From positions 10,656 to 74,655 of the IMG/VR virus record IMGVR_UViG_3300022746_000020: a stretch of DNA of 64,000 nt; one strand, given 5' to 3'. This DNA comes from a virus (Duplodnaviria > Caudoviricetes). The notes under the pieces are model-generated. The model was not told the DNA's origin and searched no databases. It worked only from the letters and a program-made list of their open reading frames with translations. Positions 20,701-30,600 of this stretch are shown here, piece by piece. Made by a program: the position numbers and the translations under genes. Numbering within the stretch: the stretch's first letter is position 1; each line of letters starts with the position of its first letter.

Positions 20701-23252
20701 CCGGTTTTGCTAATGTGGTCAACAGTTTGCAAGTGTCGGGTGGAACAACTCTAGCAAATACTGTAGATATCGCCGGAAATACGACGATTAGTGCTGGTTC
20801 GTTGACGCTTTCCAACACAGTAAGCAAGTGGATCAACTTCCAGCAAAACGGAATTGGTGCTCCTACAGTCGCCACAAGAAGCGCTGGTACTAAAGCTATT
20901 TTCTGGGATACAGTTAGCGCTGCCGCTGTCGACTATGCAATTGGTATTGAATCTGGTTCGATGTGGTTCAGTACAGCTACGCTGACCGATAGCAACTACA
21001 AGTTCTACGCAAATACTACGCTGATTATGCAAGCCAACAATACTGGCTTGAATCTATTTGGCCGTACGTTGTCTGGCGTTACTACACTTGCAGCTGGCAA
21101 CACAACAATCACTGGTTACGCTAACGTAACTGGATCTTTCCAATCGCAGACGCTGTCAACAGGCAACACGATCGTTGGTGGCACGTTGTCGGCCGGAAAT
21201 ACAACGATTACGGGCTATGCTAATGTAACGACTAGCCTACAGACATCTACATTTGTTTCTGGCAATTCCACAATCACTGGTTTTGCTAATGTCGTTGGTA
21301 CGCTCCAATCGACAACTCTTTCTACTGGCAATAGCGTCGTATCTGGCACACTGGCTTCTGGAAATACAACAGTTACAGGATTTGCTAATGTAACAGGCAA
21401 TATGATGTCTGCTACAATCACAGCAGGTAACACAACCGTAACTGGATTTGCTAATGTCGTTGGATCGCTACAATCGACAACTCTTACTACAGGCAACACT
21501 ACTGTAACAGGTTCAGCAAACGTCGTTGGAAACCTACAAACAACAACATTCGTTTCTGGTAACTCAACTGTTACAGGTTTTGCTAACGTTGTTGGTAGCT
21601 TGCAAACAACTACATTTGCTTCTGGTAATGCAGTTGTGTCTGGATCTCTCGATGCTGGCAATACAACCGTAACTGGCTTCGCGAATGTCGTTGGTTCGTT
21701 GCAATCGACCACCCTATCGACTGGCAACACAACAGTTGCTGGTACACTCGCATCCGGTAATACAGTAGTAACTGGCTTCATCAACGTATATTCTACAGCA
21801 AGCATCGCTGGCAACGTTGATGTTCATGGTACGTTAGTTGTTAACGGTGCTACTACAATCGCCAACACGCTTGCTACAGGCAATACGACCGTAAACGGAT
21901 GGGCAAACGTAACAGGTAATATTAATTCAGCTACGATTACGACTGGTGGCGCTAATGTAGCCGGCACGCTAGCGGCCGGTAACACAACGATCAATGGATT
22001 CGCGAATGTTACATCGACGTTGGATGTTGGTGGTGCAGTAACGATTGCTAATACACTTGCAGCTGGCAACACAACGATTACTGGCTTTGCTAATGTGAAC
22101 GGCGATGCTACTGTTAGTGGCAACGCTACGATCGGGTATCATCTAACAGCAAATACAATCCATACACTATCTAACGTCCAGATCGATGGTGATTTGTTTG
22201 TCAATGGTAATACTGTAACAATTGGCGTTACGAATCTAGCAGTTGAAGACAACATGATCTACCTCAACGAAGGTAGTGCAATTGCTAATCCTGATTTGGG
22301 TATTACTGGTAACTATAACGACGGTACATATCGTCATGCTGGTTTCTTCCGTGATGCCACAGATGGAGTGTGGAAAGTCTTCGATCAATATGAGCCTGAA
22401 CCAGATGGCGCATACATCGATACATCAAACAACACGTTCAGAATCGCCGACTTCCAAGCAAATACCGGTACGTTCCGTATCGTTGCAGCCGGCAATACTA
22501 CAATTAGCGGATTCGCTAATGTGGTCGGCACGCTCGATTCTGGAAACACAACGATTGTTGGCTTTGCAAACATCTCGTCGACGCTTGCTGCCGGTAATAC
22601 AACAATTACTGGTTTTGCTAACGTAACTTCGTCGCTCCAATCGTTGACGTTGTCGACAGGTAACACAACAATTGCTGGAACGCTTGGTGCTGGCAACACA
22701 ACAGTAGCAGGTTGGGCAAATGTAACATCACAACTACAAACGCAGACACTCGTTTCTGGTAACTCTACGATCACCGGATATGCTAATGTCGTTGGTTCGT
22801 TGCAATCTACGACACTCTCCACTGGTAATACAACTATCAGTGGTACGCTAGCTTCTGGCAACACAACGATTACTGGTAGCTTGGCAGCAACAACAATTGC
22901 AGCAGGCAATACTGTATTGTCTGGATCGCTATCTGTAGGAAATACTACGATCGCAGGATTTGCGAATGTATCTGGCGCGGTGAGTGCCGGCAATACGACG
23001 ATCGCTGGTTTTGCAAATGTTATTGGTGATGTTGCAATTTCGGGCAATATTACTGCAACTGCCATAACACTGACGAACGATCTCACAGTTCCGAACGGCG
23101 GTACAGGTAGATCTACATTCACGGTTAATGGCGTTCTTTATGGCAATGGTACGGATGGCTTATTGGTAACTGCTGCTGGCGCTGAGGGCGAAGTACTGCA
23201 GATTATTGGAGGAGTCCCAACATTCGGATCAATAGACTGTGGTACATTCTGA
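17709..23252 (+). CDS. Very long repetitive tail/appendage fibre protein (trunk 1)
   Basis: 1847 aa; dozens of [AS]GNTT[IV]TG[FY]ANV repeats; internal duplication; C-terminal IDCGTF. Confidence 0.8.
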   Translation: MANTVFQTPKIKVRVKNDGALAPTQALTLRNAVGSGRRLDELTDVTTTNVANAYIIIYNANSATWVAHRAPTITGNVFQIAVSNTYNDFDWSLSFPNNVIIANNLNVGNSFSIVDQTTTANNLDITGAINRDPTITINLSGDVAGSGNTTLTNLANGVINITTTNQFDSIELGVDTTGSYVGNVAPGTGVHITGAGGENSQPTFSIGQPVETDSEVNFGNTTAHGFANVTGTLQVSGRTDLRDTGIDGTLRVNYTANLAGNVEIRGTATVNGATVIANTLAVGNTTVVGSINVSSTANVGGDATIHGGLVVNGAVTIANTANISGNAAIAGTLTTKNVVPDANNAYALGTPEMRYTELYLSGNTLVVGNAVISDAGTVLSAQTPTGDPIAFDVGNTSVQGTLTVRETVSSNTLVANAISVAESSDFYGNTQIHGPAIVNGAVTIANTIATGNATVTGYANVTGQLQTGTLLSGNADVVGYINVSSTANIGGNATINGQVSVTNAIATGNSTVTGFLEVSSTANIGGAVTARSTVAVNGAVTIANTLATGNSTVTGFINVSSTANVGGDLTARSRIIANGSVTIANTLAAGNTTVTGFLEVSSSANVGGNLAAHGNMTVNGAVNIANTLAAGNTTITGIANVQGNVVVTDTLAGNNLTLTGNLTVSGTTTYINTTALNIGDNIITLNADMAGVPLENAGIDINRGTSANVQFLWDELNDRWSTNGSNLAVGANVVINTTDITVGNTTVNTFANSTTIVANNINVATINRNPNIVVSLTGDVVGTANATLTNLANGSITLSTTIQPNAVELGIDTSGSYVGNVVPGTGVYITGAGGENSQPTFAIGQPVDTTSAVTFGNTTINGTANVSGKVVAGTIDSGNVSVTGFINVTSTANIGGNITARGDVTVNGAVVVANTIATGNATVAGYANVIGNLNAVTATVGNTIVSGSLASGNTTVTGFINVSSTANVGGAVTLRDSLTVNGAVLISNTLSSGNTTIAGFANVVNSLQVSGGTTLANTVDIAGNTTISAGSLTLSNTVSKWINFQQNGIGAPTVATRSAGTKAIFWDTVSAAAVDYAIGIESGSMWFSTATLTDSNYKFYANTTLIMQANNTGLNLFGRTLSGVTTLAAGNTTITGYANVTGSFQSQTLSTGNTIVGGTLSAGNTTITGYANVTTSLQTSTFVSGNSTITGFANVVGTLQSTTLSTGNSVVSGTLASGNTTVTGFANVTGNMMSATITAGNTTVTGFANVVGSLQSTTLTTGNTTVTGSANVVGNLQTTTFVSGNSTVTGFANVVGSLQTTTFASGNAVVSGSLDAGNTTVTGFANVVGSLQSTTLSTGNTTVAGTLASGNTVVTGFINVYSTASIAGNVDVHGTLVVNGATTIANTLATGNTTVNGWANVTGNINSATITTGGANVAGTLAAGNTTINGFANVTSTLDVGGAVTIANTLAAGNTTITGFANVNGDATVSGNATIGYHLTANTIHTLSNVQIDGDLFVNGNTVTIGVTNLAVEDNMIYLNEGSAIANPDLGITGNYNDGTYRHAGFFRDATDGVWKVFDQYEPEPDGAYIDTSNNTFRIADFQANTGTFRIVAAGNTTISGFANVVGTLDSGNTTIVGFANISSTLAAGNTTITGFANVTSSLQSLTLSTGNTTIAGTLGAGNTTVAGWANVTSQLQTQTLVSGNSTITGYANVVGSLQSTTLSTGNTTISGTLASGNTTITGSLAATTIAAGNTVLSGSLSVGNTTIAGFANVSGAVSAGNTTIAGFANVIGDVAISGNITATAITLTNDLTVPNGGTGRSTFTVNGVLYGNGTDGLLVTAAGAEGEVLQIIGGVPTFGSIDCGTF

Positions 23253-23326
23253 TGGATTTGTGACAACCTAAATAATACATTAATATACGGGCTGCTCTAT
23301 AGTGGCCTTTAACTCTAGATAGAGAC

Positions 23327-26300
23327 ATGGCTGGAACAAAAGTACAAATCAAACGTAGCAGCGTTGCTGGGCGCGTCCCATCAGCTTCAGATATTGAAGT
23401 TGGACAGCTTGCTATTAACTTTACAGACAATCGGTTCTTTACAAAGGACGGGTCAAACACCGTCATTGATGTTTTTGGCCAAAGTCTAAATACAACAGCT
23501 AACGTCTCTTTCAGAGATGGTGCATTTGCTAATATTTCAGCTACCACGCTTGCTGGTAACTTGGAATGGAGCTACATCACAACAAAACCAGATCTCAAAA
23601 TCGACATCACAGGCGATGCGACTGGTACAAATACATTTGTTGATCTTGCAAATGGCGCGATCAACATCACACTTGCTAATACAGCTGTTACGCCAGGCAC
23701 ATATGGTAACAGCTCTGTAATCCCAGTACTCACGATCGATAGTAAGGGTCGTGTAACGGCTGCAACAACGAATGCGGTAGCTGGCATTACTGGATTCTCA
23801 TACACATCATCGAACAACACGCTTGCTATTACTGCTGGCGACGGTTCGGTCTATAAAGCTACCGTCAATACAGTCAATACATTTGCAGTATCGAATACGT
23901 TACTTGTGACTGGTGTCGGTACGTTTTCCAACGATGTAATTGTTTCTGGTAACCTAGTTGTTTCTGGTACAACAACGTACATTAATACGACAGAGCTAAA
24001 CATTGGCGACAATATCATTTCGCTCAATGCTGATTTAACAGGCACTCCATCAGAAAATGCTGGCGTCTCTATCAACAGAGGAACATCCTCTAATGTAGCT
24101 TTGTTGTGGGATGAATCGGTAGATGCTTGGACATTTACTAACGACGGCTCTACTTACTTCAAGATCGCGAGCAACACGGATGTTGATGCTGCATACGCCA
24201 ATGCTGCAAGCTATGCTGATGCTAAGGCTGCAAATGCATATTCCAACGCAGTAAGCTATACGGATACAAAAGCCGCTGCTGCATATTCTAATGCGACGAG
24301 TTATGCAGACACGGTAGCAGCTACATCATATGCTAACGCTACATCTTATGCTGATACTGTTGCTGCAACATCTTATGCAAATGCAACGAGCTATACGGAT
24401 ACAGTAGCAGCTACAGCGTATTCTAATGCAGCTTCATATGCAGATACAAAGGCTGCAGCGGCTTATTCGAACGCAGTGTCGACAGCATCAGCTGATGCGA
24501 CAGACAAGGCATCTAATGCTTATAGCAATGCTGTAAGTTTTGCTACTGCTGCAGCAAGTGCTGCTTACTCGAATGCAACCTCGTACGCTGATACAAAGGC
24601 TGCTGCCGCATACTCGAACGCTGTATCTACAGCAGCAACAGACGCTACCAATAAAGCAGCCAACGCATACTCCAACGCTATAAGCTATGCTGCTTCGATA
24701 GCTGCTACAGCATATTCAAATGCCGTATCTACAGCAGCAACAGATGCGACAATACTAGCAACAGATGCGTACAATTCTGCTGTAAGTGCTGCAGCATCTG
24801 ATGCATCTAGCAAGGCAGCGACTGCTTACTCAAACGCAGTATCGACTGCATCGGCCGATGCTACTTCGAAGGCTGCTACGGCTTATTCGAATGCTGTATC
24901 TACAGCAGCAACAGACGCTACCAATAAGGCAGCAAATGCATATTCGAATGCAATTGCATACGCTGCTTCCAATTCATATGTCAATTCGACGTTTGCTCCT
25001 CTTGCAGGTGCAACGTTTACTGGATCTGTAACTTTCGCTAACACAGTAGCGTTTGGCAACACACGGATTACTGCTAATGGTGGTGTAGGCACATCTGGTC
25101 AAGTGTTGATGTCTGGTGGTGCAAGCGGCAATGTATATTGGTCGACAGTATCGCTGACTGATCTTAATACAACATACACATTATCGACAGCAGCAAACAC
25201 AGCATCGGCTAACATCGTTTTAACTGGTTCTGATTCATCGACGAATACAGTTAAAATCATTGGTGCTGGTGGCCTCAATGTTAGCTCGAATGGTACAGTA
25301 ATCACACTTGATGGTTCTAGTATCACTGGAGGTGGTGGAAGCAGTAACAGTTTCGGTACGTTCATCGTAGCTGGCCAAGCAAACGTAGTTGCAGATCAAG
25401 CAAATGACACATTGACGCTTGTTGCTGGTAGCAATATGTCGATTACGACTAATGCTACGAGTGGCGCAATCACATTTACTTCGACTGCAAGTGGTGGTGG
25501 CGGTGCGCTTGGTAACAACGTCGGCAATGCGTTTATATCGGCGCGTGATAATTTCCTTGGCAACGGATCAAATACAGCATTCACGCTGTCGCAAACGGCA
25601 ACGTCGAATACAATCCTGGTTCTCGTTGAAGGCTTGGTACAATTCCATAACGAAGATTATGACGTATCTGGCACAACACTGACATTTACGACTGCTCCAG
25701 TAAACAACGAAGCAATTGAAGTCCTTCATATATCTGGTGCGGCGATCTATCGCTTCTCGCAATATGGAGCAATTGATAGCTTTACTGGTAACGGAAGCAA
25801 TACAGGATATACACTATCCAGAACTGCCAATACTAGCACAGCAACAGTCTACTTGGATGGTTTGCTGCAGGATCCTTCGACTGACTTCTCGATTAGTGGT
25901 ACTGCTCTTACATTCACAACTGCACCTCTGAGCGGCGAAAGCATATTGGTATATCATGTTGATAGCGCAGCAACTGCTCTACCTTCAGCAGCGATTACGA
26001 GCTCGGATACATTTACTGGCGATGGTACAACTACTGCATTTACGTTGACAGCCACAGCGAATAGTACGACTAGCTTTGTGACAATCAACGGTATGCTCCA
26101 ACGCTATACGACGGATTATAGCGTAACAGATTTAACGCTGACGTTTGTCGATGCTCCACCGAGCGGTGCATCGATCCAATCGTTAAGATTGTCAGGAGCA
26201 ATAGGCGCTTCTTATAAGAGCGTAGTCGCAAATGGCGTAACAGTAACTGCTCCAACATCGGACGCTGTCCTTAATCTAGCAGCTGGTTCGGGTGTATCAT

Positions 26301-26548
26301 TATCTGCGAATGCATCTACATCTACGGTAACTATCGCTGCGACGGCGGTAACGAAACAATCGCTAACTGGTAATGGATCGAACACGATCTTTACGTTGAG
26401 CTCCAGCACATTTTCTGATAATATTCTGGTATTCGTTGATGGTACATACTTCCATCCAGACGAAGACTATACAGTTTCTGGTACTACTATTACATTTTCT
26501 TCAGCTCCGATTGCATCGGCTGAAATTAGAATTAGGTTTATTCGATAA
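23327..26548 (+). CDS. Fibre protein (trunk 2): Mtd-N-like N-terminus, coiled-coil stalk, four C-terminal adapter domains
   Basis: VQIKRSS...P....GQLAINFTDNRFF; AYSNA repeats; four copies of F(T/L)GNGSNT.FTL...DG..Q...DY.VSGT.LTF..AP. Confidence 0.75.
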   Translation: MAGTKVQIKRSSVAGRVPSASDIEVGQLAINFTDNRFFTKDGSNTVIDVFGQSLNTTANVSFRDGAFANISATTLAGNLEWSYITTKPDLKIDITGDATGTNTFVDLANGAINITLANTAVTPGTYGNSSVIPVLTIDSKGRVTAATTNAVAGITGFSYTSSNNTLAITAGDGSVYKATVNTVNTFAVSNTLLVTGVGTFSNDVIVSGNLVVSGTTTYINTTELNIGDNIISLNADLTGTPSENAGVSINRGTSSNVALLWDESVDAWTFTNDGSTYFKIASNTDVDAAYANAASYADAKAANAYSNAVSYTDTKAAAAYSNATSYADTVAATSYANATSYADTVAATSYANATSYTDTVAATAYSNAASYADTKAAAAYSNAVSTASADATDKASNAYSNAVSFATAAASAAYSNATSYADTKAAAAYSNAVSTAATDATNKAANAYSNAISYAASIAATAYSNAVSTAATDATILATDAYNSAVSAAASDASSKAATAYSNAVSTASADATSKAATAYSNAVSTAATDATNKAANAYSNAIAYAASNSYVNSTFAPLAGATFTGSVTFANTVAFGNTRITANGGVGTSGQVLMSGGASGNVYWSTVSLTDLNTTYTLSTAANTASANIVLTGSDSSTNTVKIIGAGGLNVSSNGTVITLDGSSITGGGGSSNSFGTFIVAGQANVVADQANDTLTLVAGSNMSITTNATSGAITFTSTASGGGGALGNNVGNAFISARDNFLGNGSNTAFTLSQTATSNTILVLVEGLVQFHNEDYDVSGTTLTFTTAPVNNEAIEVLHISGAAIYRFSQYGAIDSFTGNGSNTGYTLSRTANTSTATVYLDGLLQDPSTDFSISGTALTFTTAPLSGESILVYHVDSAATALPSAAITSSDTFTGDGTTTAFTLTATANSTTSFVTINGMLQRYTTDYSVTDLTLTFVDAPPSGASIQSLRLSGAIGASYKSVVANGVTVTAPTSDAVLNLAAGSGVSLSANASTSTVTIAATAVTKQSLTGNGSNTIFTLSSSTFSDNILVFVDGTYFHPDEDYTVSGTTITFSSAPIASAEIRIRFIR
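24191..24973 (+). repeat. Coding 15- and 19-residue coiled-coil repeats (AYSNA)
   Basis: About 16 units such as AYSNATSYADTKAAA (15) and AYSNAVSTAATDATNKAAN (19); near-exact ~35 nt DNA repeat at ~24621 and ~24894. Confidence 0.85.
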
Positions 26549-29187
26549 TGGGAATTAGAACACGTACAATTGCTGCCCAGTTAGCAACCAACTTTACTAA
26601 CGCAGCGGCAACACAAACGCTGACGCAAACTGCAAACGTCGCCTTTGCGGGGATCACAACTGGTAATACTGTTGTTAACAACATGGTCGTTTCCGTTGGT
26701 GCTGCTGCATACGTCAATACAACGGCTGTATTTGTTGGCAACAGTACTGTCAATAGTAGCATGACGTCGTCCTCACTACGAGTTGGTGGCACCGTTGTTG
26801 CCAACGGAGGACAAGGAACTGCTGGCCAAGTGCTGACGTCCGGCGGTACAGGAAACGTATATTGGGCCAATGCAGCTAGCGGTGGCGGTGGGGGTGGCAG
26901 CGGGTCTACAACAAACGCACTAACCATCGGTAACGGACTGTCTACGCAAGATGGTGATAAGTTAGCAACATGGCTACCAACGGATAGTAATACGTCGGAG
27001 TACATGGGGATGTCGGTGGCCACAAATGGCACCTACTCTGTTGTGGCTGCTTCTGGTGCTAACGGTGGAACGGGTTATGTGTATGTATATCTGAACTCTA
27101 CTGGCGTAATGCAGTATCGTATTGGGATTACTGGTACAATCTCATTGGGCGCAAAAGTCGCAATCAACAGCAATAATATTATTGTAGTGTCCGAGACGGC
27201 ATATAGCGGTAGCACTGGCCGCGTGTTTGTGTTCGATATGTCGACGTGGCCTACGTATACGGGTTCATTGGTTTCAATTACGTCTGCGACCAATACACTT
27301 ACTAATCCACAATCTAACAGCTATTACTTCGGCAACGCACTAGCAATATCATCATCGTATATTGTTGTTGGGTGTTGGAATACTAGAGTATCTGGATATA
27401 GTAATGCGGGCGTCGTATATCTATATTCGATAACAGGTACTCTGAAATACATGATTACCGATCCCAGCGCATATAGTAACCCTTCCGGTGACTATTTTGG
27501 TTGGTCGGTGGGTATCAGCGGAAACACTCTGGTCGTCGGAGCGTTTAACGAAGGCAACAGCACACAGTCGGTCGATGGTGCTGTATATGTATTTAATATA
27601 GGCAGTTTCCCAGCGTACCCAGGGTCAACTGTTAACATTACGTCGTCTAATTATACAAGCTATGGGTTTGCTATAGCTGTTCCTGACCCGATCCTATACA
27701 CGCAATCAAATATGGGGTATTCGGTTGCCACTAACGGAGTATATGTGATCGCAGGTGCTCCTGGGGCAAAGGGCAGCGTGCGACCTGGACAAGCATCAAA
27801 GCAAGGTGTAGGTGCAGTGTATGTGTTTGATGCTTCGTCTGGAGCATTAGTATATAAGCTAAACTCGCCTAGCCCGATAGTTAATGCTGGCCAGGATTTT
27901 GGTACTGCAGTGTCGGTGTCTGGAAATAACTTATTAGTAGGAGAACCCAACGATAATGCAGGCGGACAAGGGTGGCCTCTTCCAGGCATATCCTATATGT
28001 TCGACTTGGCAGACGGTAAGTTAAAGAAAACAATATTTTCACCAAACTCTGCTGGAGAGCAGGGTGCTTCTGATAAGTTTGCTCGAGCTTTAAGCATGTC
28101 CGGCAACTATGCCGTTATCGGCGCACCATATGAAACCAATGCCAACTATGTGACCGGAAGTGGCGTCACATACCTGTTTAATGTTAATAATACATTCAAC
28201 GGCGGCACTGCTACCACAGTCGCTTTAGCCCCGACGTCGGTAGTGCCTGGCATTTATGGGGGTACTGATGGTACGTCATACATTAACGTACCACAAATGT
28301 CGATTGACTCATATGGTCGCGTTGTCTCAGTTACTAGCACACAATACACACCAACAGGCGGTTTGTCATCAGCATTTACGAGCGTAAAGATCGCTGGGCA
28401 GTCGTTGACTGCAATGGGCCCCGACATGTTTGAGCTTGTTGCTGGCAGCAATATAACATTGAGTGCCGACACGATGATGAAGACTATTACGATCAGTTCC
28501 ACAGGTGGCGGTAGTTCTGGTGGCATTGGTGGTGGTGGAACGCCCTTCTTTGCTAACGCAGGACCTACTGCGATATCGTATAGTATGGGCGATGCGACAG
28601 TTACTATACCAGCTACGGCGCAGTGGCTGATACAACCGATGCCACTTAACGAATCAACTGCTATGGTCGGGGGACCAGGACTTCCGCCATTCAACACAAT
28701 AAACGGTCCCTATTCTGGCGCCTATGGTCCTAATGGAATGGTGTATCCGTGGTATTCATCATCCAGCATTCAATCGGGCGCCACTCTCCACATCTCAACC
28801 AACATGTCGAATGGCGGAAACGGCACGATGGCGGTGGTTGGCTATGGTTTAGCCAGCAGCACAAACCCCGCGATGATGCAATGTTGGTTCTCTGGAAGTG
28901 GTGGATCGGCTATGGGAGGTGACTTCTTTATTAGCAATATGCCGCAGATGAACTACGGCGCTTATATAAGCCAGCCGGATTACTTCTATGGTACAGTTTA
29001 TTTGATGGGTGGTGGCGATCTATCTACATTCACGCCTGCACCTGGTGTCGTCATTTACTATAATACGACACTACAACAGCTGATGGTTAGAGTTCCTGGT
29101 TCGATCTGGTCGATGGGAGGCCTGATGGGGACCCTGTCTGGATATAATGGTTCGTTTGGTTATTCTGGCTTCTACTTTGGAATTTAA
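26548..29187 (+). CDS. Fibre/adhesin with FG-GAP repeat beta-propeller
   Basis: YFGWSVGISGNTLVVGA..GAVYVF, MGYSVATNG..VIAGAPG..GAVYVFD, DFGTAVSVSGNNLLVG, AVIGAPYE; TAATG coupling. Confidence 0.75.
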   Translation: MGIRTRTIAAQLATNFTNAAATQTLTQTANVAFAGITTGNTVVNNMVVSVGAAAYVNTTAVFVGNSTVNSSMTSSSLRVGGTVVANGGQGTAGQVLTSGGTGNVYWANAASGGGGGGSGSTTNALTIGNGLSTQDGDKLATWLPTDSNTSEYMGMSVATNGTYSVVAASGANGGTGYVYVYLNSTGVMQYRIGITGTISLGAKVAINSNNIIVVSETAYSGSTGRVFVFDMSTWPTYTGSLVSITSATNTLTNPQSNSYYFGNALAISSSYIVVGCWNTRVSGYSNAGVVYLYSITGTLKYMITDPSAYSNPSGDYFGWSVGISGNTLVVGAFNEGNSTQSVDGAVYVFNIGSFPAYPGSTVNITSSNYTSYGFAIAVPDPILYTQSNMGYSVATNGVYVIAGAPGAKGSVRPGQASKQGVGAVYVFDASSGALVYKLNSPSPIVNAGQDFGTAVSVSGNNLLVGEPNDNAGGQGWPLPGISYMFDLADGKLKKTIFSPNSAGEQGASDKFARALSMSGNYAVIGAPYETNANYVTGSGVTYLFNVNNTFNGGTATTVALAPTSVVPGIYGGTDGTSYINVPQMSIDSYGRVVSVTSTQYTPTGGLSSAFTSVKIAGQSLTAMGPDMFELVAGSNITLSADTMMKTITISSTGGGSSGGIGGGGTPFFANAGPTAISYSMGDATVTIPATAQWLIQPMPLNESTAMVGGPGLPPFNTINGPYSGAYGPNGMVYPWYSSSSIQSGATLHISTNMSNGGNGTMAVVGYGLASSTNPAMMQCWFSGSGGSAMGGDFFISNMPQMNYGAYISQPDYFYGTVYLMGGGDLSTFTPAPGVVIYYNTTLQQLMVRVPGSIWSMGGLMGTLSGYNGSFGYSGFYFGI

Positions 29188-29189
29188 AA

Positions 29190-29618
29190 ATGGAATTATA
29201 CATTCAATCTAATGTGACCGCATTTCCGACGGCGAGCATACTACACGGCGATGTGGTTCGAGCAAGTATGATGTGGCCCAACGCCACATCTGAACAACTT
29301 ACAGCCGCAGGTTATATTTCTGTAACTGAGCCCACCATGGCTCAACCAGCAAATACTATATTAGTTGTCAATAACGACCACACTACTGCTTGGATGCCGA
29401 CAGCCGACTATGAGGAGTCGGTATCGGTCCGAGTCGCGATCATTACCATGCGTGCAAAGCGCAATAAACTACTATCGGATTGCGACTGGACACAAGGTAA
29501 GGATGTTCCTGATGCAGTGTCGTCGGCATGGGCTCCGTATAGACAGGCATTGCGTGATATTACTACACAGAGCGGGTTTCCGCAGAACATCGAGTGGCCA
29601 ACTCCTCCACAACAATAA
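29190..29618 (+). CDS. Tail fibre assembly chaperone
   Basis: RAKRNKLLSDCDWTQ..D......WAPYRQALRDIT.QSGFP.NIEWPTPP. Confidence 0.8.
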   Translation: MELYIQSNVTAFPTASILHGDVVRASMMWPNATSEQLTAAGYISVTEPTMAQPANTILVVNNDHTTAWMPTADYEESVSVRVAIITMRAKRNKLLSDCDWTQGKDVPDAVSSAWAPYRQALRDITTQSGFPQNIEWPTPPQQ

Positions 29619-29624
29619 TAAATA
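29617..29624 (+). promoter_or_regulatory. Probable late promoter heading fibre cassette 1
   Basis: AATAAATA immediately upstream of ATG 29631. Confidence 0.45.
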
Positions 29625-29630
29625 CCAAGC

Positions 29631-30593
29631 ATGACACTCCAGATAAACTTAAAACAATTAAAAGCTGAAAGTGCTTCTAATAACTACGTGTTGACGTGGA
29701 GTAACGTCTCCAACTCATGGACGTCGTCGAATGCTACATCGCTGATTGTTGCTGCCAACTCAACTGTCTCTGGTGTTGTTAGAATCCTCGATTCGTATGC
29801 CAATACGAGCACCAACATCGCAGCTTCTGTTAACTCTGTCAAGGTTGCATACGACACTGCAGTAACTGCTCAGAACATGGCATCGAATGCATATTCGAAT
29901 GCAGCAACGCTTGCAGCATCAGCATATACAAACGCTGTCAGCTATGCAGACACAAAGGCTGCTACTGCATACTCAAACGCAGTCGCATACGCAGCATCAA
30001 ACACATACGTTAACTCAACATTCGCTCCTCTTGCTGGTGCAACTTTCACGGGCGCAATTGCTGCTGGTAATACAACTATTACAGGGTTCGCCAACGTCAC
30101 AGGCACGTTGCAAGTTGGCGGACAAACGACAATTGGCGGTAACTTAGTTGTCAACGGTACGACCATCACAGTCAACACATCACAAATCAACGTCACAGAT
30201 TCGTTGCTATATCTTGCTTCGAATAATGAAATCAGCGATTCGTTAGATATTGGTTTTGCTGCTCATTATAATGCAGGCGCTGGCGCTAACGGCCACACTG
30301 GATTGATTCGTTCAGCAACTACGAAAAAGTACTACCTATTTCAAAACTATCAGCCAGAGTTCTATGCTAACAATAATATCGACGTAGCGAATACGTCGAC
30401 CGGTATTCAGATGGCGGATCTCGTTGTCGGCAACTTTACCGCAAACAACACACTTGCTGCTGGCAATACGACGATCACTGGTAGCTTGCGTGCTAATACA
30501 GGATTGCTGTCAGCTAATACGATTCAATTTAATGATGGATCACAACAAACAACATACATCGATCCGATAGCGATGGCTATTGCCCTAGGATAA
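29631..30593 (+). CDS. Stalk fibre protein, cassette 1
   Basis: AYSNA coiled coil, 83-aa module shared with 36170 and 45032, C-terminal AMAIALG. Confidence 0.75.
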   Translation: MTLQINLKQLKAESASNNYVLTWSNVSNSWTSSNATSLIVAANSTVSGVVRILDSYANTSTNIAASVNSVKVAYDTAVTAQNMASNAYSNAATLAASAYTNAVSYADTKAATAYSNAVAYAASNTYVNSTFAPLAGATFTGAIAAGNTTITGFANVTGTLQVGGQTTIGGNLVVNGTTITVNTSQINVTDSLLYLASNNEISDSLDIGFAAHYNAGAGANGHTGLIRSATTKKYYLFQNYQPEFYANNNIDVANTSTGIQMADLVVGNFTANNTLAAGNTTITGSLRANTGLLSANTIQFNDGSQQTTYIDPIAMAIALG

Positions 30594-30600
30594 ATAAAAC

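Noticed and set aside
18623-23122. Long antisense ORFs (e.g. 21215-21814, 22385-23122) and other overlapping short ORFs in the track
   Set aside because: Shadows of biased codon usage in repetitive plus-strand genes; no recognisable domains
17709-23252. Ice-nucleation or antifreeze protein based on TxT-rich repeats
   Set aside because: Lacks the AGYGSTxT consensus and strict periodicity; context and modules fit a phage fibre
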